Source of the DNA: Takakia lepidozioides
Lineage: Eukaryota; Plantae; Bryophyta
Reading direction: 5' to 3'
Assembly: GCA_030704615.1 (NCBI GenBank)
Contig: CM060731.1
Span: 67,270,001 to 67,334,000 of the forward strand
DNA: 64,000 bases
Below, one piece after another: positions 60,001-64,000 of this stretch. Under the pieces are notes generated by a model. The model was not told where the DNA came from and made no database searches. It saw only the letters and a list, made by a program, of their open reading frames with translations. A program made the translations under genes and the position numbers. Position 1 is the first letter of the stretch, and every line of letters begins with the position of its first letter.

Positions 60001-61060
60001 TATCATCAGGATCACGAGCCAGCCTGTCTAAGGGTAGACGGAGTGCCAGTTGGACCTCATGACGTAGTGCCACTGGAATTCTTGTATAAAGACGAGGCCT
60101 TGGCAGTCCTAGCTGAAATGCGCCCAGAACATCTAGCGCTGAAAGCCAATGCCAAGCAGAGGCAGGAGGTGGCGCGTGCAAGACACTGGGCTGAAATGGA
60201 GAAGTACCATTTGTGTGGGACTGATGAAGAGCCGCACACGTGCGCTGGTGTCGCGCAAGCCCTCTGATGCGCGCAAAAAGATGACCGCAAGCTGGGCATG
60301 GGGTACGGTCTGATGGGAGAGGCGTCTGCTATTGGGGTAAGAGTGATGGGGTCGGCAATGCAGGCTGCACAAGTGGAGAAGAAGGCACGTGGAGAGGCTC
60401 ATGACCAAGAGGAGTTGGGCTGCCTTGAAGCCGCTGCCAAGAATGGGATGGAGAACCTGGAGGAGAAATGACTGGCGTGGGACCTCGAACCCTACCTGAG
60501 AGGCGCATCGGGGGAGGGCTCAACAGACACCATGGGAGTTCTTCGGTCGGTGGGGTGCCAATGGAAGAACCTGGAATCAGCGGTGGAGAAGACCGTTGTG
60601 AAGATGACGACTCTTCTTGAACTTGGTGTCTGGAGCTTGGACTCTGGTGCGCATCAAGAACATGTGAGCTAGGGGTAAGGGTACGTTGGCGTTGGGGTCT
60701 TCCAAGAGGAGCAAGTCTTCCAGTAGGAGCAGTTGCGGCTGTGTTCAGCACCTCTCATTGCTCTGGGAAGCGAACCGCTAGGGATGGTGGAGTAGGCAAT
60801 AAAGGGGTTGTGGTGAGGGCTGGAGTTGGCTGCCTGTATGGCATCGGGGCTGAACGAGCAGGGGGACGAGCCGATTGAGGCCGCCTGACCGGCGTAGGGC
60901 CCACTGTTGCACAGCGGCCGCTTGCTCGCTTAGCGCTACTACCGCTGTCACTATTGCCCACACCTCCACTAAGTTGGCGGCGCTGCAGGCCTTGCCAAGG
61001 TCTGGCGGCGACGCCGCTCATCGTACTTCACGTGTCCACGCTCGTCAGATTCAAAAAGCC
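57030..61060 (-). mobile_element. Near full-length CRE-clade (RLE-type) non-LTR retrotransposon in an SDR intron
   Basis: Single frame 61021-57215: Zn finger CPAC..LARHQRTC; RT (AAGPSG, IRPIAVGE, QFGV..GCE, D..NAFN, RQGDPLG, VADD, ILGVPFG); RLE (CVC..H, SHD.VRD..E..RVDIV..D..AKERDY..FLPLAVE.FG..RVSVALQR). 3'UTR repeats and AATAAA near 57030. Confidence 0.9.
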
Positions 61061-61179
61061 CCGTTGTTCACGTGCAGGAATTGCGTTGTCGAGCGCAGCG
61101 TCACGTTGGAGTAAGTAAGCAAGCAAGTCAAGTAGCTCTTGTGCGCAACCCACTCCCTGGGCGCGGAGAAGAAGAGCAG

Positions 61180-61210
<31 letters not shown>

Positions 61211-61488
61211 GTCGAGGGTATAATTGTTGAGGTACTGTTGATCTACTAACAAAGACACCATGTAGACGAACAGTGAAGTTGTGAACCCACCTAAGATGAC
61301 GTGGAAGCCTTGCGGAGTGAGTGCAGCAGCTGTGGCCTTCCTGATGCCTGACGTTGCCTCCCCTCCCACTCATCCAGACAATGCTTTACATTTGTGTGTG
61401 TCCGTGTGTGCGTGAGTTCTCTTAAGCTGGATGCGCTTACATTGAATGCCTATGCCAGGCAATCGGCGACGATGTTAAACATATCAAA

Positions 61489-61496
61489 CGTGTGTG

Positions 61497-61553
<57 letters not shown>
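61489..61553. repeat. (GT)n(GA)n compound microsatellite in SDR intron 1; further (GA)n at 61180-61204
   Basis: Direct reading. Confidence 0.95.
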
Positions 61554-61556
<3 letters not shown>

Positions 61557-62391
61557 TCTCTTAAGCGGATTACTTCACAATACATCAAAAGTTGTGCAAT
61601 GGACTTTTCCCGACGCAATTGATGACGATGTAAGCATATCAAACGTGTGTGAAGACAGGGAGAGAGTACCCCAGTCACAATACATGCAAGCCTCCAATGG
61701 GATGGGGGCAAAGAGCGGGGGAAGCGTGAGGCCGAGCGACGCAATCGGTCATAAAGAAGACGAAGGTAGCAGCAGAACAGCAGCGGGAGCCACAGCAGCG
61801 CCAGACGTCCTAGATTGCCTAACCTCATCACATTCCATGCCGCCTCCCCCATCTCCTTCACCCTTCTTCACGAATTCTGTACACCTCTCAGTCCCGATCC
61901 TTACAACCTCACGATTCACAAACCCAACTTCACAATCGAGAAAAACCCAAGACGAGGATGTGAAGCTAATCATCATTGTAAGCTCTATAGAACTTGTTAT
62001 CACTGTAAGAGGACGCTCAGTGAAACCAATCACAAAGCTACAGCAGGGCATCATCACATTCTGATCATCCAGGTACAACACTTATGCATAGTGACTTAAA
62101 ACACACTGCCAGGAGCTTCATCATCTTCCATTATATAATCAAGTGAAGGTAAGCTAGTCAATCCTGAATGGATAGCCAGCTTACAAGACCTGAATCACTA
62201 GAGCACCAGGCTGTCCTTATCATATGATTGTTGTATAATACAAGTATGGAGTAACCAAAGGTAGGTAGGCCTCTCATTTTTTAATAATTGGGACTTGAAT
62301 GCACCTATGGCCCCGCCACTACTGCCCATGGGGTGAGCTCATGAACCCAACCCCCTTTCAGAGGGTCTAGATTCTGAATTTTTTCTAAGTC

Positions 62392-62745
62392 CTAGTTCTT
62401 TAACGGCGGCGGACCTTCTAGCGGACTAGCCAAACCCTCAACAGAATGACTCCGACTGGCGAGCGGACTGACCGGCAGAGTGACGAGCGGACTGGCGATT
62501 GGCGAGTGGACTGACTTAGTCTGGCGGACTGGCGATTGGACTCACCAGACTGACGATTGATGAGCGGACTTACCAACAACGGAGTCCAAGTGGCGAGCGG
62601 CCAACTCCGACCAGCAGACTGGCGATTGGCAAGCGGACTGACTTAGTCTGGCGGACTGGCGAGCGGACTCACCAGACTGGCGATTGACGAGTGGACTAAC
62701 CAACAACAACGGACTCCAACTGGCGAGCGCCTAACTCCAACCTTC
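62392..62745. repeat. GACTGGCGA/GCGGACT motif array, probable subterminal repeats of a DNA transposon
   Basis: More than a dozen gcggact/gactggcga motifs with a ~125-bp higher-order duplication. No matching second end found. Confidence 0.55.
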
Positions 62746-63349
62746 AGACCCTCCTCAAACAAAATATATATTTATAATTAACACACATTACCGCCACAAT
62801 GTCACCTACCAGGATTTGAGCAGCAAACCTCGCGTTCGTCACATGTTGCTATTTACCATCACACTAGCCGTTGCTTTCTGCAAATCCTCGAAATAATTAA
62901 TTACTAGGGCTTCGCGTTGCTCCGCACTACTAGCGACGAATTCTGAGAACTAGGTTCAATTTTCACGAAAAGGGGGTGGGTCATCCCCAGTGTGTTACAT
63001 GCAGAGATCATGTGTTTTGTTTTTTTCTGGAAGATTTTTCTGGAAGAAAAAATGGCGGATCTCACAAATGGCGGATTTTCACAAGCCGCATCAATCAATA
63101 TCAACATACCCAAATACCCTTACATTCACTACAGGGATGCCTCGGCGTGAGCCTGGTCACGTGAGCGCGTGAGCGCAACTGCGCTCACGCCACGTCACCT
63201 TGCGCAAATGCCACGTCACGGGGCTCACTCCACGTCATCACACGTGAAGGCCGCGTCACCACGCGCCCAGAAAGAAGTGGAGTGTATTCCCGCGGATTGG
63301 CACCCTTTACCGCGGAAACAAGCTGGACGACATAATAAAAGGCATTGAA

Positions 63350-63705
63350 TAAAGGATGGATGAATGTACAGTTGGATGATAAACAGATGGATGAGTGTGA
63401 AAAATGAATGTAGATGGATGAATGAGGGATGGATAAGAGTAAAATGGATGAATGTATAATGGATGTTGAGCAAATGACAAAAATTCATGACAGGAAGATG
63501 CATGACCAAAACTTTTGACGAATGCACAACGTATATGAAATGAGTGTGGAAGGTTTGTGGGGTGGATTAAAGAGTACAGAGGATGAATGTACAATGGATG
63601 TTGAACAAAGGAAAAAATTCATGAATGGAGCACGCATGAATACACTGTAGATGAATGCACAATGGATATGAGAAGAGTCAGGGAGGTTTGTGAAATGGAT
63701 TCATA
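63350..63705. repeat. GGATG(A)-rich degenerate array; same motif (CATCC) at 38640-38715 and 48385-48415
   Basis: Direct reading; likely the end of a dispersed TE family. Confidence 0.55.
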
Positions 63706-64000
63706 CATATTGCAATTTAAATGAAAGTTGATTCTGTGATTATTATTTGTTCTAAAGGAACAACTACGGTGGAGGAAGGGGATTCAACGTTTTCCAGATA
63801 GTATGAAAATGAATATTAAAAGAATACAGTTCAGTCTGACTCAGAGTTAGTACAATGTATCCCCGCTTCCTCTGCATCTAAGTCTATATATTTTAGAACA
63901 CCGGATCCACGCTGGATACACCTACGGCTGGCCACTAAAAAGTCAGGGGATAGGGACTCGGCCGCGTGAAGTGTCATTGCTTCGGCATAAACAGGAAGCA

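Larger units (their letters stand above)
54922..61852 (-). pseudogene. FEY: FOREVER YOUNG-like short-chain dehydrogenase/reductase, spliced, probably disabled
   Basis: Exons: 61852-61670 (..ACIVTG), ~61357-61292 (ATSGIRKATA..GFHVIL), ~61155-61125, 56365-56157 (LDL..LLVNNAGILA..DGFD), ~55826-55706 (MMASNYLG..RIVNVVSFTH), 55544-55440 (..NS*SLVQIYESSK), ~55235-55160 (CLLLFSYELH), 55075-54922 (AADPGAVNT..LQSP..DAALAP). Lesions: in-frame TAG at 55471-55473, TGxxxGxG changed to GIR, no GT donor after exon 3, last exon not found. Confidence 0.85.

Noticed and set aside
56998-61241. TGTTGAGGT(A/C)CTGTTGA near 57004 and 61225 as the CRE target-site duplication
   Set aside because: SDR exon 3 (~61125-61155) lies between the upstream copy and the element ORF, which is inconsistent with a simple TSD. 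Left unresolved.

Overview
Repeat-rich nuclear DNA from a land plant. It is probably seed-free (inference from a PLS-DYW PPR gene, a CRE-clade non-LTR element and basal non-chromovirus-type Ty3/gypsy elements). Host genes are a REM-type B3-domain gene with coding tandem repeats (runs off the left edge, missed by the ORF track), an intact PLS-E-DYW RNA-editing factor, and a FEY-like SDR pseudogene carrying a CRE retrotransposon in an intron. Positions 14.5-42.2 kb form a nested retrotransposon cluster with a 500-N gap. The standout is a Ty3/gypsy family (called family A here; three copies plus two fragments) with four unusual traits. (i) A DNMT3/DRM-like C5-cytosine methyltransferase sits in frame between protease and RT. 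(ii) The DDE integrase ends in a PHD finger. (iii) The PBS is complementary to a hairpin loop in the element's own terminal repeat, suggesting self-priming. (iv) It integrates as split direct repeats A-internal-B-A-B with TG..CA ends and a 4-bp TSD, as if a 2-LTR circle were opened at an internal palindrome (GACA-GC-TGTC). DNMT and INT-PHD lie on different copies, so their linkage is inferred from the shared terminal repeat. Also present: a second gypsy family (B) with an extra ORF and an internal inversion, a decayed L1, and a long-TIR MULE with a 9-bp TSD.
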